Assembly (NCBI GenBank): GCA_977017645.1
Contig: OZ360235.1
Location: forward strand, 67,208,001 to 67,272,000
Direction: 5' to 3'
DNA from: Torpedo marmorata
Lineage: Eukaryota
DNA: 64,000 nucleotides
In this document: piece after piece, positions 11,779-26,965 of the stretch
How the letters are laid out: each line of letters starts with the position of its first letter
Numbering within the stretch: the stretch's first letter is position 1
Notes under the pieces: model-generated
Told to the model about the DNA's origin: nothing
Seen by the model: the letters and a program-made list of their open reading frames with translations, nothing else
The model's database searches: none
Translations under genes and position numbers: made by a program

Positions 11779-12487
11779 TGATTAAGAGGCACCAAGGTAG
11801 AAAAGTAGAGAGTAAAGCTGCCTTTGCCCTTTTCAAATTAAGGAAAATGTTTGTAATATGTTTAATAAAACTAATGCATGACAAACCTTTTGTCCATGTA
11901 AAAGTCATGGTTTCCTATTTCCTTGTAAAGACGAGGTCTCCAAGAATGGGAATGGGATGTGGAAAGCATGGATTTGATAGATTTGAGCTGGGACCTTTTG
12001 AGAACTTGTGCATGAGAGAATGGATGGCAAATTGCGAAGCTTATCACTAGACTTAAAATGTGCCATAAGTAACATTAATCTAATTCAAATTCTATCAGAT
12101 TCAATCTGGCAAGTTCACAAATCTATTTGTTTTCTAAACCTTTCCTTGAAGGCACAGAGATCTGAAATTTGATTAATTAAATCACTCCTTTTAATCCTTT
12201 GTTTTCAATTGTAAGTGGATTAATACATTGCTACAACTCAACAATTCATAAAAAATAATTATTGATTAATAAATCTTTGAAAGTCAGGATTACTTTCTTT
12301 TAAATATTCCGTTTTGGCCAAACAGGAAAAACACCAGACAACATCCATGAGAAGATGGATCAATATTTTGAGAAAATATGGACCCATTTTGGAGTTGCGG
12401 ACTAATCTGTTGCGTGGACTTAGCAGTTTCATTTTCCGGCACTTTTGGACGTTTGCATCTGTTTTGAGTTTATAAATGTGTTTTGTA

Positions 12488-12746
12488 TTTTAAATTTAGA
12501 CATACAGCATGGTAACAGGCCCTTTCGGCCCACGAGCCCGTATCACCCAATTTACCTCCAACCCACGTTTAGAACGGTGGGAGGAAACTGGAGCCCCCAG
12601 GGGAAAACCCATGCAGATATGGGGAGAACATACAAACTCCTTACAGTCAGCGTGGGATTTGAACCCCAGCCCCGATCACTGGCGCTGTAACAGCGTTGCG
12701 CTAACCGCTACACTAACCATGCCGTCCCTACGCTAACCGTGCCGCC
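12488..12746 (-). mobile_element. V-SINE (HE1-like)
   Basis: Close match to the copy at 63675-63919, with a duplicated head segment. Confidence 0.85.
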
Positions 12747-13709
12747 AGCTACTAAATGTCAGCCATTGCACCAGCCCACTGTAACATGGAAAAGTGGGTT
12801 GACCTTGTCCAGTGTGGAAGTGGTACTTGTGAAGGAACTCCAGCAGGATCCCCTCCCCTTACCACATCCAACCAACTGCAAAGAAACATGTAAACTTGTA
12901 ACAAGAAGAAAAATCTTTTGTATAGTGCCTAAATGTGACAAAACAATTTAAGTTAATAGCATTGGTGAAGGTTAAATACTAATTGGAATACATAAGAAAA
13001 CGCCCCTACTTATAAAATCTTCCACATTAATCAGAGATGCAGTTTCTGTTTAGCATGACTACCATAAGATGGCACCTCTGGATGCTGCAACAATTCCTTA
13101 GCACGCTCCAGAAGTGTTAGACTAAATATTGTGCTCACTGTTCTGAAATAGGTCTTGAAATCATCACCACAGGTAACACTGAGATAATTTTGATATCTGG
13201 ATTCATCTAAATGTGTTTCTCTTCGCTTTCACTTTGAGTACAAAATTTTGGAGTCATCAAGTTGTACAGCTCAGCAACAGGCCCTTTGTCCCGTCTATGT
13301 TCAACCTTTTTGCCAATCTACACTAATTTAACCAGGAAACTGGCATCCTATTGTGTCAACAAATTTGCAGATCCTAGTAATTTCATAATCTTTCTCCAAA
13401 TCTATTATCTAAAATGACTTTCTGCAAATTAATTGAATTAAAACAGGATTATAATTCAAAGCCAGAAATCATCAGTCCTCATTTAGCGCACTAGGGTAAT
13501 TCCGTGTTCCATGTACAATCCATCAATTCCTGTGTTTTTCTCTATCCGATCACTTGGTTCCAAATAATATTTAAAAAAATTGGAATGATGATTCATCACT
13601 GGCCAGTCTTCCTGCAACATCAGAGTTCAAGTAAAGATTGCAGTGTTTAGATTCAATCTTGAGTTTTCAAATGACACTCATGGCTTCTCTCTCTTTCTCT
13701 CTCTCATAG

Positions 13710-13750
13710 ATATTTTAGAAGTCCGCCAGAAACCAATCCTGATGACATAG
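13710..13750 (+). CDS. KIAA0930: KIAA0930 last coding exon
   Basis: CT-rich acceptor ...CTCTCATAG, then (D)ILEVRQKPILMT-TAG, the same as the recalled human C-terminus; in phase with the previous exon. Confidence 0.93.
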
Positions 13751-16700
13751 CAGAGAAGGCACTGCCTTCCAAACTCGCAGTTAAGTGCCTAATTGCAACT
13801 GGATTCTTGACGACACTACCACCTAGTGTTGGGATGGAAGGGAAGTTTATTAGAATACCAGCCAATCAAAGTGCCTCCTTCACCTGCCCACAGGATGTAA
13901 CCAGTGTTCATTTAATATCACACTGTTTGTGTTTGGATCAGAGTCCAGTTAGGAGCTGCTGCTTGATTAATAACCAACAGAGAATGCTTCATGAATAGTC
14001 TCAGAAGGCAACTGCTTTGTACCCAAGAGAACCAGGAAGGAGAACAAAAACAGGAGGAATTATTTGCTGACATTTATATGAAACAAAAGACATTAAGTTA
14101 AATCTTGAAGGAACTGCGTTCAATAGGTAGAGGACATTTTTCTCCCCATCCTCAATTCTTTGTCAAAGCACCATTTGAATAATGTGCTTATGTCAATAAT
14201 GTTGTATAGGGTAGCACTTGAATTTTTTTAATGAATGGGGCAGAGAGTTAACAAAAGGCACGGAACCACTGTGACCACAGTGTTATTAGTTTTTGCAGAG
14301 TCTAAGAATCAACAGGATTTGTTAGGAAGAGGGGGATATGGCCAACTTTTTTTAAAAAAAAAGACTCTTTTGTTGGTCTTGTCAAAAGCAACTGTATTCA
14401 AAGGGAAACATGCACAGGGAATGGAGTGTGCTACTCATTTACGCCAGCGAGTCTGAATGTTGGCTGTTAATTAGACTCTTACAATTGGATGTGAACAAGT
14501 TTTGTGGAAACTGTGTATAAATTAACGTTATTGCAAAATCCCTTTTTGGAATATTTGTACATAAAGGGGTGGAAGTTTGTCCCTTTTACTAATTTGTAAC
14601 TGTAAAGGTAGGATTTTGGTGGCACCTTCTCAAAGATGATGTGATCTTAAGTAAGACTTGCATATCATGAAGTTTCTTTCAGTGTGGGAGTAGAGCAGTG
14701 CTTCCGTAGGTTGTCCCAATAGAAAATCTTGGGATGCATCCAGGGATGTTGAGACCCTTAACACAAACTAGCCCAAAACCAAATGAATTTTAGTGTGGGA
14801 AAAGACGATCTCATCTCAGTCGATGCCTTTGTAGATTCATAACTTGGGGGTTAAATATTTTAATACTATACCTTCTTTCAAGTTGACCTTTTTTTGATGA
14901 AGCAAAACTTGGATTTCGAAGCTGCCAACTATTTAATGAATTGTTTATCAGACCCTCTATGCCATCAAGGAAACATGGCTCATTGTAAGTTTTGCTCTGA
15001 CCTTTTCGCTATTCTCTTCAGGAGCCAGCTTAGTCTCCTTTTCTTTCCTGAGTCAGTTATAATTGCTAATAAATTTAAATATTTGCACAGCACCTTTCTG
15101 CAGTTTATATATTCTGTTGCTTCCACTACAAACCAGAAACACAATTGGGCCTGGCTCTTGAATTTGTGGGCCTTTTTGATACAGGAAAATTAAACCGTGC
15201 AATAACGTTAATAACAATTGTTTCCATTTTCATAAAACACTGAAGTCATTAAAAGAATAAATGAACTTTTAATGTTTGGTTTTGATACCTCTGAATTTCA
15301 CCACTGAAATTGAACATTTGTAAATTCTGTTTGGCATAAAATGGAAATAGAATGAATGGCCCAGCTAAAATTGGATCTGTCTACCCCTTTCTGACCTTCT
15401 GAGGGAATACAGCCTGAAGGCAAATAGAACAGCAGTAGGTTCAGTGAAACTATACTAAATTCAATGTACATATAAACAAGATAGAATATTTCTCCAGCCC
15501 AACCAATTGAATTTCCATTTTGTTGTATTTCTCTTAAAAAGAGATGGTGTTGTACATTTTCATTTAGTTATCTTTAAAAAGCTTTATTCTTTCCTGCTAA
15601 TAGGCATTACAGTACAGAGTGATTGGAGCACCTGCTACATGTGCTTTCTTGAAGTGGTGTGAGGATAATATAAAAGCAGCATGAACAAGAGGTCCAAACG
15701 TTTGCTTTTCTTTGGGGAAGAGGAGAGGTTGGGAGCCACCATTATGGAATGGCTAAATGCCAAATTCATAGGTTCATTTTAAAGTTTGTTGGAGAGAGCT
15801 TCATTGATATGAAAAAAAAAAACATTTTTAATTTCTAAAAATTGGTGGGTGAAATATATTTAGCTGTGATCATGAAACTGAACCCATGAAGTGCAACCAA
15901 AACTACTTTTATTGATCTGGTGGTCAGTGGTTCAGCACTGTGAATCTGCTGCTCGGAAATTGTATGTATATTTTTCTGCTTCAACTTAAACAGCGATAAA
16001 ACTTATTTACTGTTAGTGGCAGTGCACAGAGGTCCCTGCATGCTTTCCTGAATCAGCCATAGCTTTGTTTTCCACACATCCTATTAAGGATTTTCACTGA
16101 CAAAACCAGCCATTTTTTCACAATATTGCTTATTTTCTGGCAATTCACTTTAGATTGTGGTAAGAATTGTCTTTGAATCATATTTAATGTCTTCAGTTTG
16201 CTTTAGTGCACTGCTGTCTGTAATAGTAATGATTGATGATAGCTCACAGTAGGAGATGAAGGTGAAGGGGCAGATGTGATTAATTCAGTACATATTCTAC
16301 AAACACCATTTTCCCAATTGGAAATATGCCCCCAGCAAAAAACAAACTGTGGCTCAAACAACTCTGGCCTATTGGCAAAAGGAAAAAAGTATAATATAAA
16401 AATATAAAGATGAGCAGAATTATTTCCAAAATCTTCCATCACATTTGTCCCAATATTTTAACATATTTTGTGTAGTGCAAGGTTTATGTAACTGAAGCAC
16501 ACACCTCCCAATTTGACTGCTCCAAGTATTTTCTTGGAACAATTTTCATTTTCTATACAATGCTTCTGATCGTCTTCCATAGTTAACGATGGTCACTAAA
16601 GATTAATTTTTACCAAAATTCTTTTATCCAAAAAGGTTGACATTTCTAATTGAGCAACAATTTTCTAAAAGGCACTACCAAATAGCATTAACAGAAATCA

Positions 16701-19700
16701 TCTGTGTGATTGGTATTTATGAAAGTTCTGCCATCTTGGTTAATTCTTTTGTATTCACCTCAATATTTTCAAAACCAAATTGTTTAAGAAAGAATGTGCT
16801 ATGTTTTCAACCATTCACTGATATTTCTCCTTTTGACAAGCAAGTTGCTGTAAATAAGCCCTTGGAGCAAACTGACAGGCTGTCTTAATGGTGCAAGATC
16901 AGCATTTAACAAAATAGTGAATGTTAGTGGTTTAGAGTAAAAGAAGGAAAGGAAAGTTTGCATCATGGTTTCCTTCAAGAAGGAACTTGCTTTGCAAATT
17001 AAGAAAGGATAAGTTACAGCTGAAACACTTATTCAGGAGTGTTTATTTTCTTCAGATGGAGGACAGAAATGTTGGCTCATTTTATCCGTGCTGTTTTAAA
17101 CAATTGCTTAATTTCTTGCATTTATTTGTGCTGCTGATTTGTGCAATGTCACAAGTCAAGATCAAAACCATTCACGTGATTCCACGGCAGTTGAAGTGCC
17201 ACCTATTCTCTTCATGATGTCGGCAGTGTATATCAGAATATTTACATTTCATTTTCATCACTTAAGCTTTGAAAAGGCCAAGTTGAACAAAATATCAACA
17301 GTGCTTCGAGAGACGGGACTTTCTTTAATGTATAGATGCTAACCTTGGCACAATTTCTCTCTTTTGCTTATTGGAGTCTATCTATAATGTATGGGTGTTT
17401 GACTTAATTTGATTGCAGTTCTATTGAAATTCCATTAATGTCTGAGATTGTTTAAACCTTCAACGTGATTATATTCATTTCAATACCTGCTGTAATTCCA
17501 AAATTGAACAGTCTTTCAAATATGTTTTGATGTCCTGTAAAGTGTCATTTTTATTTTTAGTTCTTAGTAGCTCCTCCCAGTAAGCTTAATGTTTTATTTT
17601 TAATCAGACTAGGTCCATTAAAGGGGAATGTCTTAATGGTTTAGCAAACTTTGGGAAGAAGGGGGCTCAGTCACTTTTTTCAGAGTCACGAGTAATTTTT
17701 TTTTTAAAGGTGCTTTTCAACAGAGAATACTGAAACAAATGAGTATGCTACGATTCTCTCTGATTAAACTATGACCTGCAAAGCCTATTGGTTATTTAAT
17801 GAAACTATAGGACTTTATTTCATAGTATTCTGATTTCTTCACAACTCTTGCTGTTACTCAGATGTTCCCAGAATTTTTTACTTGGTAACAGGAATTAAAC
17901 CTGAAAAAGGAAGTGGGTGGGAGGACCATACCATGTGTGTAAAATAGCTATTTACATAAAGTTTGGGCTTTTGAGGCAAAGTACCATATAATACCTCAAG
18001 AAATTCACTTGTTTCAAAAGTCAATTTGTACTGATAAATGTGATTGATACATTATCGTGTCTGTTTTAATTAACTGTCAATCTAGTAACAATATCTACTA
18101 ATATTTTTAACTCCAATGTGCCAATAAGAGCATAAAATTGCAGCTTCCAGAAGTAACTGCAGTTTTACAGACTATTTGGTAATCTGCTGAAGCATTTGAT
18201 CTACATCTAAGCACAGTGAAAAGTCATGTGACATTTTTGTTGAGCAACTGAACAAAGTACCTTTTAAAAATATGCTCTTGCATTCACCTTCACCCCACAA
18301 CTTACTGCCAAGAGGAAATGATAATTTGCAAATTACTTCACTCAGTACTTCTCGTAATTGGATCTTTTATTGAAGAATTTAGGTCGTGAAATGTAGTTGG
18401 TTTGGTTTCATTTCTTATAACTGCCTATGTATTTTATAAAGTCATAACATTGTACTTGATTCCCCAACAACTGATGACATAGTGATGGTAAAAGACCAGT
18501 ACACTGAACTGTAGCTTCTTTTTAATAATAATCTGAGGAATTCCCCAATATAAAACCAGCTGCTATTTTCTATGGAATTGGTGTTCCTTCAGCAACACTG
18601 TTATTCTCACTTGCGTGTTTCTTCTAGCTTTTTATTCTTCCTTCATCAAAAGAAGATGACAAGGGACTTTTTTCATCTAAATGATCTGCCTTCCCCTTGA
18701 CAGGAATTACCATGCTTTGGGTAGTATCAGGTGCTCAACAGATCACCAGAGGTCCTGTAAGATCCTGAACCATATCCACTCACAACAGGAGTGCGACCTT
18801 CACCATCTTTTAAAATTAAGATCTTTTCCAAAAAAAAGTTAGATGTCCCAAAAGGCAGTACATCAGGTCAAATACTACCCTGTCTGAAATTTTGTACAGA
18901 TCATTCCTGCATCACACCCTCAACAAGCCATGACACTACTAAAACTGAGAATATAGATTACTTGCCCCTTCCCACCTCAAATGCCATCTTAATCATGTGG
19001 GTAAGGGTTCTAAACCTAGAAAATTTTCCAGGATTGATTTACTGGCCTTGATGCTGAGTCAAATCAGAGCAGGAAAATTACATGAAAAATATTTTGCTTA
19101 TCCATGGAGGCTCATGTCTGCACAGATGTAGCCACCTTGTGTAGTTCCAATCCTGGGGATTAAGATTTCAAAGAAACAAACCAGTGGGAGGTGGGGCAGC
19201 GCTTCAGTGATGTTTTCTGCAATGTGAGCTGCCAGAAGTAACAGCACTGATCTTGCATCACTGAAGATGGAATTTCAAAATTAATGATATTACTTGAATA
19301 TTTTTTCTAACCTCACTTCTGCATTGTTGAATTCTAATACTAGTGAAGTAATCCCTTTGTTCGATTGGTTCTTGATGCTTCTTGACATTTAGAAGAGGAT
19401 AACCTCATTGCAGAAAATACTGCTGTGCTTTGGGCTGCAGCCTGCGTTGGAATGGGTGACATTTTACCGTGGGGAAACGGCTCATTTCATCATCAAACTG
19501 ACAGTCTCATTCAGTCTGTTATTTAGTTCTGTCTTTGCTTTAAAACCATTTTTTTTTAAATTGCATTTATTTGAAATGTTTGTATTTTATCTTATAGATA
19601 AATCAATAGAAATAACCAATTCAGGGTGCTGTCCTTGGGACTGGCACTCTCCTCAGAAAAGAACATTTCCAATGATTGTAACATTTCAAAAGTCAGGCTG

Positions 19701-20095
19701 CGCAGAGTATTATTGTGGTCCGTTCTCTTGCGGGAGCTTCAATTCCAGCACATCTTCAACTGTTTCTTATTTATGCATAATTGACTGCTCACCAATCTTT
19801 TGTCTTAGTTTTCCTGTATTTTTTATAATTTGCAAGTAAAAACATATTTAATCTTTCTTCCAGTTCTCGTAATTATCAAATCATTCTCTGTTTTGCTGTG
19901 CAAATGAAACAGACTATAAGCACAGCTGTGCTGCTGTTGCTACTTAAATGATGAAGCCAAAAGCAACATGTTTATCACAGTCCAATTATAGGTGTCAAGT
20001 TGTGAAAAATGTAAGCTTCAGTCTTGTATGTAAATATACAACAAAAATCCTGATGCTTCGTAATTTAATAAACAAATGGATAAACCTACTATCAG
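13751..20095 (+). other. KIAA0930: Probable long KIAA0930 3' UTR
   Basis: Follows the stop codon; AT-rich with no recognisable TEs; AATAAA candidates at 15068, 15256, 20067 and 20261. The end point is inferred. Confidence 0.5.
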
Positions 20096-22551
20096 TCTGT
20101 TGCATGATGTCAATCAAACAATTACAATAGAATACTGATGCATTAGAACAGGCAGCATTCAAGGAGTGCAAAGCCTGCATTTTAAGTATACCCAAGATGT
20201 AATGGGCCAGCTGATCGCCTCTCCTGTGCTTTCTTAGACCTTGGATAAACAACTCTGCTGAATAAAGAACAATATCAGTTGAAACGGTAAGCACTGAATT
20301 CTATTTCCAGGCTGCTATCTTAATTACAATTCAGATAATCTGTAAGTAACATTTAATTTGAAGGTTATTAAAATTTATTGTTACTCAAAGCCATTGGACT
20401 CGAGCTCGAATGCTGCAGTTCCAATACTGGTCTAGGAGGCAGAATGTAAAAGCTTGGAATGAAAATAGTTATTCTGCACAAGTAGGCCAACCTTCTATCA
20501 AATATAGAAACAACATTATTGCAGGTTGTATTTAATCTCACATGAGAATGTAATGCTCATACACAGATCTCAAACTAATAATGTAAACCCATATTAATGA
20601 ACAATACATTTTCAGACTGATGTATATCACAGACAACAATCTCAACAGCATAAGACATGGTTTTCTGGAATATGTATTTTCAGTCTGTAATAATCTGATA
20701 ATCTCCAATCGTTTTTTTTTTTAAAAGTAAAATGCCACCCTTCTCTAACAAGATTTACAGTGCAGTAGCACAATCAGTTCCACAGAGTGGTTAACGCCTA
20801 GAACAAATTAGGGAAGAGGAAATATTTACAGTAATTTCAAAATGAAATGAGCCTGTGATTTGTGGTTGTGATGAAATTGTCAGCATTTACTGCCATTAAT
20901 CTGAAATTGCTGCCAACATCTGGCATCCCCACACACAGTTAAACATGGAAATCCATAAGTTTGCTCCACAGTGTGTGCTGTTGGAGTCTTTGTAAATAGT
21001 ATCAGCACAGTCACTAATTTAACATGAAGTTAAATATTTTACACAGTAGTCAAATTGTAAAAACCATTGAAAACATTACAACTTGTCAAATGAAGTTTAA
21101 CTGATTTTAATGGCATCTTGATGTGTAATTACTACTGAAGTACCTCTCTGCTCTCAAAAATCAAATTTTGTATTTGGAGGTTAATTGCCTCCCAATTATT
21201 TGAAAATGCTGTGTTTTTCAAAAACTTTTCAGTTTGTATTTTCTCTTCCACGTGCTTTTGTGTGCATGTCCAAATCAACAAATGTTACAACTTGATTTGG
21301 TGGTTAGCAGAATTTTTCATGCATTTGAAGTGTGGTGACTATTGTAAAATAATTCTTATGCTGTGAAGTGTTAAGATGACCCAGGATCCCATTTGTTTTA
21401 ACCTTCTATACCAGCCAACCACGAGGGACCTTGTCAAATGCCTAACTACAGTGTATATAGATAATATTTTCCATGCTGCCTTCATTAGTCATTAAAGTTA
21501 CCTGCTTTAAAAACTTGATCAAGTTAGTGAGGCAGGATTCTCCCCCTGCACAAAGCTATGCTGACTATCCCTAATTAGCATGCCTTCACTTGGAAAATTC
21601 CTTTGAATTTCTCCAATAATTTCATAACAATTGCCACAATGCTCACCAACCTGCACTTACCTGGCTTAACTTTGCTTCTGTCAGTCAATGATCATGGCTC
21701 ATCTAATTTTACTTTCAGGTGTATTGCAGCAGCTTCTCACTTCCTTGTTTATTACATATTTAAAAATATTGAAAGACTACTCTTCCACTGCACCTTGAGG
21801 AAGATTTAGCATTCAGTGCAAAAGGCATGCCAATCTCTCACATGCCATGGATGGAAAGAATTGGTCGATTCTGATGCAATGAAAAGCAAGTTACTGGTCA
21901 TTGTTAAATTCAAAATTGTATTGGGAGGTTGCAACATATCCAGAGGAAGAAAATGCACTGTTCCTCTAGCTGATATTGATCTCATTAGAGCAGTGCAGAA
22001 GGCAAAAGACAGGTTAGGAAACGAGTGCAATGGAAAATAAAAACACTCCATGGACAGAATACAGGTGCAAGGCAAAGTGGTAACCAAATCTCAGTTTGAT
22101 CTATCCAGTGTGGAGCCCACACTGAGAGCACCTAACGTAAAGCTGAGATGGAATTCGTATGAGAGAATCAGAGTGCCTGTTGCACAAGAACCTCAAATAC
22201 TTGCTAAAAGAAATCTTAAAGATAGCTGACGTTGCAGCATCGGACAGTGCTTCTAGAATGCACAGAATAAGGTCCCATATTCAGTAACTAGTCTACTGAA
22301 TCAAGCCAAAGTGATAATGACTACAACCAACCAAAACTGGATTGTGAGCAGGATGGCTTTGTGTTCGTTTATTTATCAACTCTTAAAAAGATAAAATAAA
22401 ACAGCTTGGGTGACCAGGCAGCTGATATATTTTTCAACTTTCCCTGAGATGAGGCTGAGGTTCCCCTTTGTACTTCCTCAAAAAAAATCATGCCATATAA
22501 ATAGAAGGCCAGAAGGTCTCTCAAGGCTGCTTAGTACACTTGATCCATTGA

Positions 22552-22834
22552 CTTCAGTAATTTTCAGATTTATTGTCAGAGTACATACATGACATCACAT
22601 ACAACCCTGAGATTCTTTTTCCTGCGGGCACTTATTGGCAGTGCACAAAAACTACTCAACGTACACGTGTAAACAAACTGCAATACAAGGAGAAAAAAAA
22701 TCAATAAAGTGGAAAAGTAAGAGTCCTTAAATGGGTCCCTGATTGAGTTTGTTGTTGAGGAGTCTGATGGTGGAGGGGTAGCAGTTGTTCCTGAACCTGG
22801 TGGTGCAAGTCTTGTGGCACCTATACCTCTTTCC
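22552..22834 (-). mobile_element. Rex1/Babar-type LINE 3' fragment
   Basis: Closely similar to 29343-29680 (TCAGAGTACATACATGACATCACATACAACCCTGAGATTC...). Confidence 0.75.
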
Positions 22835-25402
22835 CTCTATCCCATATAATCCTGGCATCCTTTGAGATTGAACAAAAAAAAAAAACCCAACTTATTTTGG
22901 CCTCAAGTTCTTAGTAACTGAATATCCATCATCCGAAGAGAGTTCCCAAAATACATTAGCCTTGTTCTCAGTTTTCCAGTGAGAGGAGACTACCTCTTGA
23001 CATCTGAGAGGTCACCTCACTTTTCAAAACTCCAATGTGCATCAGTCCACCTTAAATAAAAACAGGAATTGCTGGAAAGTCCATGACCTGAAACATTAAC
23101 TGTTTCTCTTTCCATTGCTGGTGCCTGACGAGCATTTTCAGAATTTAATTTTGTATTTCCAGCATCTACTGCTTCAGTTGATGTCAATAGCCAATCCTAA
23201 GATCCCTTCAGATGAATCTGAAGCAGCAGAGGAAATATGACATTTCATTGCCAAAATATTTATTTATTTATTTATTTTATTTTCCACTACAACAATCCAA
23301 AGTTAAAACTAGCATGTATATAAATCAGCAATTTGGCTTCTCTTGCACTATGAAAGGGAGATACAGTCCCATCCCAACTCGTAGATGAGAATGAAGTTCA
23401 GACATCGAAAAAAAGAAGAGTGGAATGCCATTACATCTTACAACTAATATTCAAAAATCAGGTTACAGGATTTTCAGAGCAAAATACTTTTTCAGATTGG
23501 ACAATGCTCAATTCCTTTCCAAGAGTGTCAGCCCTAATTAGAATTAATATAATTAACGTGGATCAGAATTGCAGATATGTGTTTTCCAGCTGCTTGTTCT
23601 GAACCATAATTAAAATTGGAGATAGGAAATTCTGTTATGATTGAATTACTGGGAAACAAATCTTGCAAAGCAGTCAATGGTAATTTGGTATTCAGATGCA
23701 ATCAGGTCTCAAACCATCTGTTTAACTATTTTGAAAAGATTTTGCTTCAATCTACCGGTATTTGTTTTTCTTACAATTTCATCAGGTCATCTTGTATTTC
23801 ACGGCAAAAGTCATGTTAGAGTAATGAAAATTATTGCAGTTTTCCCAAAAAAATCGAACTTGAAGGCACATTTAGGAATATTTGTAATAAATATGACAAT
23901 GTGACAGAATTAATAATGTATCTTTAAAAAAATAAAATGGCCTGAAGCATGTTACATTTGTTTAATTTGCATAGATCAATAAATTATGCATGAAATGAAA
24001 TGGAATTTGTAATCTTAATCCAAAAGACGTCAAGGAAAATAAATTGTTTTTACAGTTACTGGCCATTTCCTACACATGTCTGCTGCAATTTGTCAAACAT
24101 CTTTTGCTCCTCTACCTGAAAAGTACATTTTGTTTTTTTTGATTGATGTTTTTGTAACAGATCAAATCATCACATAGATGAAAAATGCTTCTTAACTGAT
24201 TAAATTCTAGTTTTGTCCTCTTCAGAGCAGGAATATCTATAAATAAATTTGTTGATTTGCAATTATAATCTCTTCCCTTTAAAAAAAAAGAAATAAATCT
24301 CCTGTCTCTAATGCAGCAAAGATGGAGATAAGCCAAAGACACAGAAAATCAAAAGATACTCCTGGTGCTAGAAGCCTGCAAAAAAACAAAACAAAACAGA
24401 ATTCTGCAAATGTTCAGCAGTTCAAGCAGCATCTGCAGATATGGAAAAGAAACCACATGAACTATGTAGCAATTTACTATGTACTATTTACTATGTATCG
24501 TGATTAGATGGGTACTGAAAGATGGTATACTCTGAATAATTATGTAAAAGATTCTGTAAAACAAGGGGTTAATAGCTTTTATAGAAAGCAATGATGCTTT
24601 TAGTTTAACTATGATTTAGGTAGAAATCCTTACTTATTCACATATTAGAAACCTTATTAGTATTTAATATAACATATTTGTAGTAAGCATTACTTCATTT
24701 ATGACCTTCACTAGAGGCTGGTACTTCCTGAGACATAGATACCCTTAAATTGAACTTCTGAATAATGGGCGCTTTGCTCATTAAGCAAAATCACTTCCAC
24801 AGTGAATGATTCATAAATGCAAGCTTTCACAGAACACCTCGGTACAGAGACAAGCCCAGGGTGGCCTTGGATGTGGCTATCTCAAACAGGAATGTAGTTG
24901 TCTTAGCAACTAACACTCCTTAAAACAAGTTAATTAAATTTCTTCAATTTGTTTGATGCAAACTCTCACAAGGCCTTCTGTGATGGAGACATAATTTCGT
25001 CGAGCAACCTTGGAACAGATATCTCAAACAAGCAGCAGCACAGAGTGTTACAACAATCTCCCCCAATACTGCTGAAATATGTGGTTATGAATGATTGAGT
25101 TCAATGATGTAATTAAGTCAGGAAAATAACAAAAAGGAGGGTATGCGCTGTGTTCAGTGGGCAATCAGTGACTGGCTCACTGACTGTCACAGCTTTTGTT
25201 TGCAAATAAAAGTTTAAAACTTCTTGAAGAATCTTCTGCATCTCCTGGTCATTCTTGGGTTATGGTAAACCACGACACAGAGAGAGGAGTGAAAGTAATG
25301 TTAAGTCAACAAGTCTTCAGCAGAAACACCTCTCAGGTGAAAGGTTATTGATATGAAACAATATTCTTTGTGTAAAAATTCCTGAGCATTTCCAGTACCT
25401 TG

Positions 25403-26330
25403 TGTTACATCGCAGACCAGCAGCAATAGAAATTCGCCAAGACAGTGTTATTTTTAATTAATTACTAATAATATAACACCTTATCTAACTTATCTAAACT
25501 TAACCCCCAACTATGCGCGAATAGATGTGTGCATGATACCCAACACCATTACAGCTTTGGCACAATTCTGGAAAGTCATTTCTAAGTCGGTCTTAGACAT
25601 CCAGTGTTGACACAAAGACACTTAAATTGATGCAAAGAAGTGATTACGAATGAGGTGGGAGAGACTGAGTGACAGACTGCCAAAAACCCTTGATGAGTTA
25701 CTTCCAGAGCGAATGTCCTTTCAGACGAGTGGTGGTCACAACTCCCCTTTTCCTTTCATAGGGGAAACGAAATGAGTGACTTTCACAATACTTCCAGAAC
25801 CCAGACGTGGGTCAGTCCAAAATGACCATCACATTGGTCACGATCCAAATGCAGTATTTCTCCTGCTTCCAATACCCAAATACAGGTCAGTCAAAGTGAC
25901 CTTTCCTTTGGTCACGGTGGGATTTAATAATTCCCCTTCAAAATGACCCTTCCTTTGGTCACGGTGGGGATCAACACTTCTCCTGACAGGGAGAAACAAA
26001 CAAATTGTTCATTACCACACAGAGCCACTCCAGCACAGTGTTCCTTCAGATGGCTGCTGCTCGAAAGTGCTGTTCCTTTAAAATGGCCCCTGATCACCAA
26101 GTGTGTTGTTCCTTTAAATGTTTCACTCACATGTCTCTCCACACCTGTGCCTGGATAAAAGCAACAAATGTTCCTTCGCTTCCTCCAGAGGATAAACTTT
26201 GGGCACAGTGTGTACCTGATTGTTGCCAACTCAGTTCTCTCCATAGTTGTGAATGGTCACAGCTTATACTAGCCCTCAATTTGCTAACCCTTAAAGTGAC
26301 AGTCACACTGAAATGAAATGCCTCATAATA
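25403..26330. mobile_element. Probable solo LTR (Gypsy-like)
   Basis: Starts TGTTACA, ends CATAATA (decayed ...CA), 4-bp TSD CTTG at 25399-25402 and 26331-26334; the first ~200 bp are homologous to 32191-32400. Confidence 0.55.
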
Positions 26331-26484
26331 CTTGTCATTACAGAATACTTAGGCCACTAGCTTTCTCTGCATACAGCCTATGGTTAATGAGTATACAACC
26401 ATGCATTTAATATGAAATAAATTTTATTGCAGGATTATTAGAAAAAAAATTTCATTGACAATCCAAAACAAATGTTCGCACCTC

Positions 26485-26634
26485 GGAAGTAAAACACGAA
26501 AATCTGTAGACACCGTGGTTGAAGTAAAAACACAATGCTGGAGAAACTCAGCTGATCAAACAGTGTCTTTTATGTAGCAAAGGTAAATATACATAACCGA
26601 CGTTTCGGGCTTGAGCCCTTCATCAAGGTATGGA
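26485..26634 (-). mobile_element. Short Penelope-derived insert with minimal hammerhead ribozyme
   Basis: Minus strand CATACC-TTGATGA-A-GGGC-TCAA-GCCC-GAAACGTC-GGTTATG (26592-26632); TSD AAATGTT(CG/TA)CACCTC at 26470-26484 and 26635-26649. Confidence 0.85.
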
Positions 26635-26965
26635 AAATGTTTACACCTCCATTGGTTAAGTCCCATTTTAAAGTATTTTTTGGCCAGTAATGGTTACATT
26701 AAGGCAGAATGGTGTAAGATCACCGGTACAGGTAATGAAGTCCGATATCACTTAATAACTTTTATATGCCAGACATTCAGGAATCAATCTTGAAAACCAC
26801 AGACAACAGTTATGAAAGTTTATGCACTGCCCAATCTTCCACCCTTTTTCTCCCTTTCATCCTTGGCTATTATTGCACCAAGGAGCTATTTCTCATGTTT
26901 GCCAAGGACACCTGCCTGAGAAACATTTATATTAAATCACTAGCTACATTGGCAGCAACTAGATG

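Noticed and set aside
25080-25276. Possible ~200-bp solo LTR (TG...CA with AATAAA)
   Set aside because: No TSD and no second copy in the window.
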